A stretch of 64,000 nucleotides of DNA, from the NCBI GenBank assembly GCA_963665255.1, contig OY762210.1, positions 1,588,631 through 1,652,630 of the forward strand. Direction: 5' to 3'. The translations under genes were made by a program, and so were the position numbers. Positions 19,153 through 27,133 of this stretch are shown in pieces. This stretch comes from Dehalococcoidia bacterium. GTDB taxonomy: Bacteria > Chloroflexota > Dehalococcoidia > Lucifugimonadales > UBA1123. The notes below the pieces were generated by a model. It was not told the origin of the DNA, did not search any database, and saw only the letters and a program-made list of their open reading frames with translations. Position 1 is the stretch's first letter. Every line of letters starts with the position of its first letter.

Positions 19153-19992
19153 ATGCGCGCTATCGATATGCACGTCCATGTACCCAGGCAGCCCGGCCTG
19201 CCGGACATGGTCATAGAAGAGAGCTTGAGAAGCTTTTTTAGACTTACTGACCCACCGCGTAAAGCCGAAGAATTGGCTGATAGGTACAGAGAGTGGGACA
19301 TATTTGGAGTTGTGTTTTCAGTTGATGCACAGACTTCGACAGGTGACCAACCTGACACGAATGACTACGTTGCTGCACTTGTTAAGGGGCATCCAGAGCA
19401 GTTCGTGGGTTTTGCCACAGTAGACCCTTGGAAGGACCGCTGGGCAGTTAACGAACTGGAGCGTGCAGTTAACGAGCTCGGGCTAAAGGGTCTCAAGCTC
19501 CATCCCATCCACCAGGCGTTCTTCCCAGGCGACTCTCGCTTTTACCCGCTATACGAGAAGTGCGAAGAGCTAGGGGTGCCACTTCTGCTTCACTCTGGAT
19601 TCGCCGCGGCGGGCGTAGGAATGCCCGGCGGCGGGGGTATGAAGCTCAAGTACGCTGCGCCAATCCCGCACATTGACGACATCGCTGCGGACTTTCCGGG
19701 TCTGACGATCATCATGGCGCACCCTGCCTGGCCTTGGGTCGAGGAACAGATTGCGGTCGCGCTTCACAAGCCGAACGTGTATCTCGATCTCTCAGGCTGG
19801 GCCCCGAGATACATCCCGCAAGCGCTGATCGACGAAACAAACACCCGTCTTCAAGATAAGGTGCTGTTCGGTTCGGACTTTCCCTATCTGCCTCCAGACA
19901 GGTGGCTCTCAGGCTTCGACCAGTTGGACATACGGGACGAAGTCCGTCGAAAGGTACTTCTCGATAACGCGAAGAAAGTACTCAACCTATAG
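19153..19992 (+). CDS. Amidohydrolase-2 family metal-dependent hydrolase (TIM barrel)
   Basis: MRAIDMHVHV (HxH metal site), KGLKLHP, MAHPAWPW and LFGSDFPY. Start set at ATG 19153, behind GGAGGA. Confidence 0.8.
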   Translation: MRAIDMHVHVPRQPGLPDMVIEESLRSFFRLTDPPRKAEELADRYREWDIFGVVFSVDAQTSTGDQPDTNDYVAALVKGHPEQFVGFATVDPWKDRWAVNELERAVNELGLKGLKLHPIHQAFFPGDSRFYPLYEKCEELGVPLLLHSGFAAAGVGMPGGGGMKLKYAAPIPHIDDIAADFPGLTIIMAHPAWPWVEEQIAVALHKPNVYLDLSGWAPRYIPQALIDETNTRLQDKVLFGSDFPYLPPDRWLSGFDQLDIRDEVRRKVLLDNAKKVLNL

Positions 19993-20025
19993 GAATTGGC
20001 GATAGGGGCCCCGGAGTGGGCAGAG

Positions 20026-20946
20026 TTACCCTGAGAGCAGTTCCGCCAGTATCGCCTTTTGTGCATGTAGTCGGTTTTCTGCCTGATGGAAGACTATTGA
20101 CTGGGGATGGTCCAGCATATGGTCGTCGATTTCCTCACCCCTGTGTGCCGGCATATCGTGCATGAAGACTGCCGAGCTGTCAGCTCGCTCCATCAGGTCG
20201 CCAGTCACACGATAGGTGGAGAACACTTCCCGCCTTTCATCGGCTTCAGGCTCGTCACCCATGCTGATCCATACGTCGGTATAGACGACGTCGGCTCCCT
20301 CGACTGCAGCCTCCGGCGACTCAGTCCACTGCAAGATGGTCTCAACCTCAGCAGAGCGCCGTTCTGCAATGCTCCAGGCGACCTCCGGAACTTTGTACTC
20401 CGGGGGAGAGGCAACGGTGAAATTGGCCCCGACTGACGCACAGGCTATTGCGAGACTAGAGGCAATGTTGTTCCCATCACCTACGTAGGCAACGTTCAAT
20501 CCGGAGAGGTCACCCTTGTGCTCAGTCATGCTCAGCAGGTCGCCAACAGCCTGGCAGGGGTGGGCAAGGTCCGACAATGCATTCACGACAGGTATAGACG
20601 AGTATTCAGCAAGAATCTCCAGGTGTCGATGCGAAAATACCCTGGCAATAATCACGTCCACCAGTCTGTCGAGTACGCGCGCAACATCCTCTGCAGGCTC
20701 TCGCGTACCCATTCCCACGTCGGCGCCGCTCAAGTAGATGCAGGTACCACCCATCTGCTTGACGCCAACCTCGAAGCTAACTCTAGTCCTCAGCGAGGGC
20801 TTTTCGAATAAGAGAACGGCAACTTTTCCGTCCATTGCGCGAGGAGTCCCGCCCTCTTTCATCTCGCGAGCCTTGCGGACCATCTGCCCGACCTCTTCGG
20901 ACTCCAGGTCTGCCAGCCAGAGAAAGTCCTTGCCTCTCATATGCAT
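20026..20946 (-). CDS. argF: Ornithine carbamoyltransferase
   Basis: SLRTRVSFE (carbamoyl-phosphate site), HPCQAVGDL, DVWISMG and HDMPAHRGEE motifs. Confidence 0.9.
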   Translation of the reverse strand: MHMRGKDFLWLADLESEEVGQMVRKAREMKEGGTPRAMDGKVAVLLFEKPSLRTRVSFEVGVKQMGGTCIYLSGADVGMGTREPAEDVARVLDRLVDVIIARVFSHRHLEILAEYSSIPVVNALSDLAHPCQAVGDLLSMTEHKGDLSGLNVAYVGDGNNIASSLAIACASVGANFTVASPPEYKVPEVAWSIAERRSAEVETILQWTESPEAAVEGADVVYTDVWISMGDEPEADERREVFSTYRVTGDLMERADSSAVFMHDMPAHRGEEIDDHMLDHPQSIVFHQAENRLHAQKAILAELLSG

Positions 20947-21042
20947 ACCTCTCAGGTTGATGGGGGATTATAGCGCAGCCAACGAATTGGAGACTAACCG
21001 AACGGCCTGAAACAGGCTTCAAAAGGACGTATTTTGCCTGTT

Positions 21043-21792
21043 CTACGCGCGGCGTAGGGCTTGTAGGTATAGCTTGTCATCCTCGGAAAGATGATCTGGA
21101 CTAAGTTGCTCGAATAGGTCGGGTCTGCGTTCATAGGTACGCCTGAGAGCTTCCCTTCGCTGCCATCGGGCTACTTCGGCGTGGTTGCCGGAGAGTAGAA
21201 CTTCGGGGACGTCCAAGTCCCGGAAACTCGCCGGTCTCGTGTACAGCGGGTGTTGCAGGAGCCCTGTGGTGAACGAGTCGTTGGCGGGCGATTCCGGCGA
21301 CCCTACGACTCCGGGTACCAAGCGTGACACTGCTTCGATCACGACCATCGCTGCAACCTCCCCGCCAGCTAGAACGTAGTCTCCGATGCTCAGCTCATCG
21401 GTTGCCAGGTGCTGCCGCACTCGCTCGTCAAAACCCTCGTAACGTCCGCAGATAAGGAGGATGTCGTCCTGTTCCGCAAGTTCTTCGGCTACCACCTGAT
21501 TGAAGACTCTCCCCTGGGGAGTTAGCAGGATTACTGGTGCATCGCGACTAGTGCGCTTGGACTCCACAACTGACTCGACCGCCTCGAACAGGGGCTCAGG
21601 TTTCATGACCATCCCAGGGCCACCGCTATATGGGTAGTCGTCAACGGTTGAATGGCGGTCGTGAGTAAAGTCCCTAATGTTGTACAGCCCCACGGAGAGG
21701 ATTTCCCGATCTATGGCGCGGGACAGTATGCCGTAGCTCAGAGCCCCTTCGAACATCTCGGGGAATAGGGTGAGGATGTGGAAACGCATCAT
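21043..21792 (-). CDS. trmD: tRNA (guanine37-N1)-methyltransferase
   Basis: MRFHILTLFPEMF..YPYSGGPGMVMKPEP..LICGRYEGFDERV..SIGDYVLAGGE. Confidence 0.93.
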   Translation of the reverse strand: MMRFHILTLFPEMFEGALSYGILSRAIDREILSVGLYNIRDFTHDRHSTVDDYPYSGGPGMVMKPEPLFEAVESVVESKRTSRDAPVILLTPQGRVFNQVVAEELAEQDDILLICGRYEGFDERVRQHLATDELSIGDYVLAGGEVAAMVVIEAVSRLVPGVVGSPESPANDSFTTGLLQHPLYTRPASFRDLDVPEVLLSGNHAEVARWQRREALRRTYERRPDLFEQLSPDHLSEDDKLYLQALRRA

Positions 21793-21799
21793 TGAAGAT

Positions 21800-22300
21800 T
21801 TATGGATCAGCGTGCGTACGCCATCCCCTGATCATTTCGAGTGCGTGAGGCATTGACGTTAAGGCGACTTCCAGGGTCTCGCGCACGCCGGTGGGACTGC
21901 CAGGTAGATTCACGATCAGGCAGCCGTTGCGAACGCCGACAACCCCGCGACTCAGCATCGCGAATGGAGTGTTCTTTAACGTCTCCATGCGCATCGCCTC
22001 TGCTATTCCTGGTGCCTCGATGTCGATAACTTCTCGTGTCGCCTCTGGAGTGACATCCCTTGGGCCGAGTCCAGTTCCGCCGGTCGTAACCACAACATCG
22101 GCATCGGCCGAGTCGCACCATTCGCGCAATCGTGCACTTATCTGGTCGACCTCGTCGGGAACAATGGTGCGGCGGACCTGCGAAAATCCAGATTCGGTCA
22201 TCAGCTCGACTATTACGTCGCCGCTCGAGTCTTCGCGCTCACCCTTGGAACCGGCGTCGCTGATTGTCAATACCGCGAATTTGAACGAATTCTCTGACAT
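21800..22300 (-). CDS. moaB: Molybdenum cofactor biosynthesis protein MoaB/MogA family
   Basis: 166 aa. VLTISD..VVTTGGTGLGPRDVTPEAT..NLPGSP is the MoCF_biosynth domain pattern. Confidence 0.85.
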   Translation of the reverse strand: MSENSFKFAVLTISDAGSKGEREDSSGDVIVELMTESGFSQVRRTIVPDEVDQISARLREWCDSADADVVVTTGGTGLGPRDVTPEATREVIDIEAPGIAEAMRMETLKNTPFAMLSRGVVGVRNGCLIVNLPGSPTGVRETLEVALTSMPHALEMIRGWRTHADP

Positions 22301-22624
22301 TTTCGGTACTCATTTCAAAGAACTCTATAAGAGTCCCCAATAGGCCTTGCGCATCCGTTGGAATCGATAGGAAACTGATCGTGTCACTTGAAGAGAGCCG
22401 ATCAATAGGTGCGGCGCTTCAAGTCTGAGAGTTACGAATCCGATGCTATGTTAACATGGTGAAGGATAAGGTTTCGTGCTCTCTTTAGGCGGGGCAGCGT
22501 GGAGAGGATGAGGCATTCCGGCGCGTGTAGACTGTCCCGCGTAAATTGGCCGACTTAATTGCCGGCAAAACGGGTAGGGAACTAGCACACTCGCGGAAAT
22601 ACCAATCCGCAGGACCAAAGTAAC

Positions 22625-23572
22625 ATGACCGGTCTTGCAGCCGAAACGGATAATCCTTCGACCCACTTGCCAGTAATGGTGCCTGAGGTCATGATGGCTC
22701 TTCCTCCCACACCAGGAGGGTCATTCATTGACTGCAACCTTGGCGACGGTGGACACGCAGAAGCAATTCTCAGATCAATTCCCGGAGCCCAGCTCCTGGG
22801 TATCGACTTGGACCTCGATGCGCTCAAGAGAGCCAACGAACGACTGAGAATGTGGTCTGACAGACTTACTATTGTCCATGGGAACTTTGCCGAGGTCGCA
22901 GAAATTGGGGAAAAGAAATTCCCCAAAGGCTGCTCAGGCATTCTATTCGACCTGGGAGTTTCTTCGGCCCAGCTCGATACAGCAGAACGGGGCTTCAGCT
23001 TCAGGTTCGACGCTGAACTTGACATGAGATTCGACCCTGCCAGCGAGTTGACTGCGTATCACATTGTTAACAACTGGCCTCAGGTGAAGTTGGAGGAAGT
23101 CATCAGCTCCCTCGGTGAAGAACCTCGGGCCCGAAGAGTGGCACGTGGGATAGTAGCGAATCGTCGGATTGAGAGCACCCTGGAACTGGCCGACATTGTT
23201 ACGAAGTCACTTCACTGGCCCGTTGAAAGTCGAAACCACCCTGCCACACGCACCTTTCAGGCCCTGCGAATGGCGGTCAACTCCGAAATGAAGAACCTGG
23301 AAACAGGTCTCGCAGGGGCCGTCAAGGCATTGAGCAGAGGTGGAAGGCTCGTAGTAATCAGTTATCACTCGGTGGAAGATCGTTTAGTCAAGAACTTTAT
23401 TCGCGACGCTGCTTCCTCGTGCAAGTGCCCACCACTCTTGCCAGAGTGCCAGTGCGACAGCACCCCTACTCTCAGAGCGGTCAACACACGTGTGATAAAG
23501 CCGAGTATCACTGAGGTTCGCAATAATCCTCGCGCGCGAAGCGCCCGGATGCGCGTCGCTCAGAAAATCTAG
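22625..23572 (+). CDS. rsmH: 16S rRNA (cytosine1402-N4)-methyltransferase
   Basis: HLPVMVPEV..DCNLGDGGHA..FDLGVSSAQLD..RGFSF..ISYHSVEDRLVK. Confidence 0.92.
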   Translation: MTGLAAETDNPSTHLPVMVPEVMMALPPTPGGSFIDCNLGDGGHAEAILRSIPGAQLLGIDLDLDALKRANERLRMWSDRLTIVHGNFAEVAEIGEKKFPKGCSGILFDLGVSSAQLDTAERGFSFRFDAELDMRFDPASELTAYHIVNNWPQVKLEEVISSLGEEPRARRVARGIVANRRIESTLELADIVTKSLHWPVESRNHPATRTFQALRMAVNSEMKNLETGLAGAVKALSRGGRLVVISYHSVEDRLVKNFIRDAASSCKCPPLLPECQCDSTPTLRAVNTRVIKPSITEVRNNPRARSARMRVAQKI

Positions 23573-23652
23573 GGCATGGGAAAGAGTGCTTACTTCCTGG
23601 TGGGGCGAGCACGTAATGCAAGTCAGTTGGGGAACTTTCTGGAGAACACGGC

Positions 23653-24903
23653 ATGACGCAAGACCCTAATGTTTTGGTGGCGGTCGATGTGGGCACAACG
23701 AAAGTGTGCACCATCGTCGCTCGCCGGGTTGGCGACGAGCAATTCCGTGTGGTCTCTTTCAGCGTTGTTCCATCGCGTGGTCTCGCCAGGGGAGTCGTCA
23801 CTGACATGCCCGACGCAGCTGAGGCGGTACGCGCATGCATCCAGGACGCTGCACGACAGGCTGCCTTGACAGTCAGAACCGCTTACGTTGGCGTTACTGG
23901 TTCGCACGTTTCGTTCGACAGCCGTTCCGACCTGATCGGCTGGGCTGCGTCGAAAGGGGTAATCACGCGAGACGACCTTGACAGGGTCCCGTTCGCAGTC
24001 GCGAAAGCAGGAGCCAGACCCGGCCGGCAGATAATTCATGCTCTCCCGAGAAACTACACTTTGGACGGTCAGAGCGGAATCAAGGACCCTCTCGGCATGC
24101 ACACGCGTAAGCTCGAAGTTGAGAGTCATGTCGTGTCTGCTGACGTATCCCTGGTACAGAGTCTGACAGGCGCCGTAGAGAGGTCGGGACTTGAGGTAGA
24201 GGCGCTGGTCCTCGAACCGGTCGCTAGTGCCGAGGCCGTCTTGACAGAGCGGGAGCGTTACCAGGGTGTGGTCCTGGTTGATATTGGTGGTGGAACGTCG
24301 GACCTGATTGTCTTCGACAGAGGCGCCATTGAGTTAACTGCGATTCTTCCCGTTGGTGGATTCCAGTTCACGAACGACATCTGCGTCACCTACGGGACAG
24401 ATTACGCAGCGGCAGAGGCAGCCAAGCTGGAGCATGGCCACACCGATACGTCTATCTTCGGTGCCGCCGATGAGATCATCCTGCCAGTACCTGGTCGTGT
24501 CAGGCAGCGCAGAGTAGCGCTACAAGAGCTTTCCCAGCTTATGCGAGAGCGGGCGGTTGAGCTCGCCAGAATGATTCGATTGAAGATGACGGAGGCTGGA
24601 ATACAGGATCCGGGCTCTGCTAATGTCGTACTTACTGGAGGCAGCTCCCAGCTGCCAGGAATCGACGATTTGTTCAAGCGCCAACTCACTCCGAAACTGC
24701 GCATTGGCGGCGCCAAATCCAGCCTGGATGTACCTGAGGCTCTGCGAGCTCCCGAGTTCGCGACAAGCGTCGGGTTATTGCGCTGGGCGCTGAGGCAGCC
24801 GAGCGGCAAAGTGGGCGTGGAGGACGAACCAACTGAACGTAGGAATGAAGTTCCAGAGCGGACCTTCAGTTCAAGGCTACGCAAGTGGCTTTCACCAAGG
24901 TAA
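23653..24903 (+). CDS. ftsA: Cell division protein FtsA
   Basis: 416 aa, actin-like ATPase. VAVDVGTTKVC, VLVDIGGGTSDL and VLTGGSSQLPGI. Confidence 0.9.
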   Translation: MTQDPNVLVAVDVGTTKVCTIVARRVGDEQFRVVSFSVVPSRGLARGVVTDMPDAAEAVRACIQDAARQAALTVRTAYVGVTGSHVSFDSRSDLIGWAASKGVITRDDLDRVPFAVAKAGARPGRQIIHALPRNYTLDGQSGIKDPLGMHTRKLEVESHVVSADVSLVQSLTGAVERSGLEVEALVLEPVASAEAVLTERERYQGVVLVDIGGGTSDLIVFDRGAIELTAILPVGGFQFTNDICVTYGTDYAAAEAAKLEHGHTDTSIFGAADEIILPVPGRVRQRRVALQELSQLMRERAVELARMIRLKMTEAGIQDPGSANVVLTGGSSQLPGIDDLFKRQLTPKLRIGGAKSSLDVPEALRAPEFATSVGLLRWALRQPSGKVGVEDEPTERRNEVPERTFSSRLRKWLSPR

Positions 24904-24937
24904 TGACCATTAGCACACCAGAAATGGGGGGAACAGA

Positions 24938-26023
24938 ATGACATCCTTTCGGGGCGAGCAAGAGAATATTGCCCGCATTAAGGTTGTGGGTGTAGGCGGC
25001 GGCGGATCCAATGCTGTCTCGAGAATGTTCAGGGAGCGGATCCCAGGCGTTGACTACATGGTGGTCAACACCGACTCCCAGGCACTCGTCCGCAGTGACG
25101 TCCCAATGAAAGTCAGAATTGGCGATCAGCTCACTCAGGGTAAGGGTGTCGGAGGTATGCCCGAGCTTGGAGCCAAGTCTGCAGAGGAGAGCCGGGAAGA
25201 CCTCTACGAGGTCATACGCGACTCCGATATGGTCTTCATTGCCGCTGGAATGGGTGGAGGCACCGGTACCGGCGCCGCTCCGACCCTCGCTCAGATAGCG
25301 AAGGAGACGGGCGCACTGACAGTCGCGGTCGTCACCAAGCCCTTCGAATTCGAGGGCCTGCGCCGGATGAAAGTGGCTGATGAAGGCATTGGCAGACTTG
25401 CAGATTACGTCGATACTCTGCTGGTGATACCCAACGAGCGTCTTCACGTGATCGCCGAGGACGAGATCACTGCCGAGAACGCCTTCAAGATGGCAGACGA
25501 CGTTCTCAGAATGGGCGTACAGTCAATTGCCGAACTCGTAACAGTTGCCGGCGACATCAACGTGGACTTTGCTGACGTCAACGCCATCATGCGGGACGCT
25601 GGTCCAGCGTGGATGTCCATCGGTTGGGGTATGGGCGAGCACCGTGCACGAGAGGCAGCTCAGCACGCCATTACCAACCCGCTGCTCGACGTCTCTATAG
25701 AAGGCGCTCGCGGCATCCTCTTCAACATCACCGGTGGCAGCGACCTCAAGCTGAACGAGCTGCATGAGGCGGCTGAAGTGATCAAGCGCGTGGTTGATCC
25801 CGACGCGAATATCATCTTCGGCATGGTCACCGATCTCAAGATGGAGAATGAGATCAAGCTCACGATCATCGCCACCGGGTTCCCGACTGAGAACACCATC
25901 GATGAGCGCGAAGCACAGATAGATAGGATGCTGTCGGAAGCCCTGGAGAGCGGTGGCGAGCGCGATCTCGACCTCCCGCCATTCCTGCGGCGGTACTCGC
26001 GAGCACGCAACAGCGGACTCTAA
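24938..26023 (+). CDS. ftsZ: Cell division GTPase FtsZ
   Basis: VVGVGGGGSNAV, tubulin signature GMGGGTGTGAAP, NVDFADV, and the C-terminal peptide DLDLPPFLRR. Confidence 0.96.
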   Translation: MTSFRGEQENIARIKVVGVGGGGSNAVSRMFRERIPGVDYMVVNTDSQALVRSDVPMKVRIGDQLTQGKGVGGMPELGAKSAEESREDLYEVIRDSDMVFIAAGMGGGTGTGAAPTLAQIAKETGALTVAVVTKPFEFEGLRRMKVADEGIGRLADYVDTLLVIPNERLHVIAEDEITAENAFKMADDVLRMGVQSIAELVTVAGDINVDFADVNAIMRDAGPAWMSIGWGMGEHRAREAAQHAITNPLLDVSIEGARGILFNITGGSDLKLNELHEAAEVIKRVVDPDANIIFGMVTDLKMENEIKLTIIATGFPTENTIDEREAQIDRMLSEALESGGERDLDLPPFLRRYSRARNSGL

Positions 26024-26046
26024 ACGACTCAACAGTAACTGCAATT

Positions 26047-26090
26047 GAGGCCGGGAGCATGCGGGCAGCGCTCCCGGCCTCTACTTTTAT
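26047..26090 (+). terminator. Rho-independent terminator after ftsZ
   Basis: GAGGCCGGGAGC...GCTCCCGGCCTC (12-bp stem) followed by TACTTTTATT. Confidence 0.72.
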
Positions 26091-26317
26091 TGGGACCTGC
26101 TGACCATGAAGTCCGGCAATCCCCCCATTCATGTTTCTACAAGATTGAGCGGGAGGGATTCATGGCCCTGGTGGGGGGCACGGCCCACGAGTGCAGCCCC
26201 GCGGACGTCATTACGCTCAAGTTGACTCTCGGTGTCGCGGTAAATCGGGCTTTTCGCACTGCTTTGCACTCCAGATAGCGGCTATCTTGATCGCCGTCAA
26301 AGTGTGGGAAAAGTCAT

Positions 26318-26371
26318 TTGACAAACCCCACATATGGTGTAAACTTACACACCTAACCCAATAAGTTGTGG
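26318..26371 (+). promoter_or_regulatory. nrdR-nrdJ promoter with two NrdR-box-like sites
   Basis: TTGACA at 26318..26323 and TAAACT at 26340..26345. Box 1 is ACCCCACATATGGTGT (26325..26340) and box 2 is ACCCAATAAGTTGTGG (26356..26371). Each matches 12/16 positions of the NrdR-box consensus acaCwAtATaTwGtgt (recalled from memory). The box starts are 31 bp apart. Confidence 0.55.
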
Positions 26372-26416
26372 TTTTCTGTACTTTTCCTAGAATTGTATAA
26401 GAAAGAGAAAAAGGCG

Positions 26417-26983
26417 ATGCGCTGCCCCTATTGCGGCCATTCAGATTCCAGGGTGATTGATTCACGTGATGCTGGCGACGGGATACGGCGCCGACGTGAA
26501 TGCGTGGAATGCGAGAGGCGTTATACCACGTATGAATACATACAGATGCGATCAATCATGGTTGCCAAGAGAGATGGTCGCAGGGAGGAATTCCAGCGCG
26601 AAAAGCTATTCTCCAGTTTGAGTAAGGCCTGTGCCAAGAGACCTCTGCCAGTCGGCAGCATCGATAAGCTCGTGGACGAGATCGAGCGACAACTCACGGA
26701 GTCTGGTCGCGCCGAATTCTCTTCTCGCGCCATCGGGGAAGCAGTCATGGTAAAGCTTGCTGAACTGGACCGTGTGGCGTGGGTCAGGTTCGCCAGTGTC
26801 TATAGGGACTTCAGAGATATTGAGTCCTTCAAAGATGCGATCGATGCCCTGCTGGAACCTGAAACAACAGACTACAAGGATCATCCAGGCCAATTCAGCC
26901 TGATCGACGAGGATTCGATCCCACCCCTGCGAAGCGGGCGACGCACGAGGCGTACCCAACGTCCAGTGGTCGGTTCCCAGTAG
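26417..26983 (+). CDS. nrdR: Transcriptional repressor NrdR (Zn ribbon + ATP-cone)
   Basis: MRCPYCGHSDSRVIDSR..RRRRECVECERRYTTYE followed by an ATP-cone. Start set at ATG 26417. There is a C-terminal tail of about 35 aa beyond the usual length. Confidence 0.92.
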   Translation: MRCPYCGHSDSRVIDSRDAGDGIRRRRECVECERRYTTYEYIQMRSIMVAKRDGRREEFQREKLFSSLSKACAKRPLPVGSIDKLVDEIERQLTESGRAEFSSRAIGEAVMVKLAELDRVAWVRFASVYRDFRDIESFKDAIDALLEPETTDYKDHPGQFSLIDEDSIPPLRSGRRTRRTQRPVVGSQ

Positions 26984-27133
26984 GGAACAGACTACGACAA
27001 AAGCGAACTCTATCCCGCTTGCCTCAGAATAAATGTTCGTTCTATTATGTTCTTAAGAGCTACGCGTTACATCAGAATGAAATCCATATCCCACAGAGTC
27101 AGTTCATAGAAATCCTTATCAGGAGACACGGCA

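Noticed and set aside
22301-22624. 324-nt gene-free region between moaB and rsmH. I considered a truncated mraZ, a Moco riboswitch upstream of moaB, and a small RNA.
   Set aside because: No frame gives an MraZ-like product. I cannot reproduce the Moco-motif consensus from memory well enough to call it. The only structure seen is an 8-bp inverted repeat (ACTTGAAG 22386..22393 / CTTCAAGT 22417..22424). A covariance-model scan (Rfam) would be needed.
26162-26278. 38-aa ORF (MALVGGTAHECSPADVITLKLTLGVAVNRAFRTALHSR) preceded by GGGAGGG in the ftsZ-nrdR spacer
   Set aside because: The SD-like sequence is suggestive. However, the ORF is short, has no recognisable features, and cannot be supported without comparative or ribosome-profiling data.
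26984-27133. Possible cobalamin riboswitch or additional NrdR boxes directly upstream of nrdJ
   Set aside because: No B12-box-like sequence and no 16-mer with an acceptable match to the NrdR consensus was found. Only the direct repeats reported separately are present.
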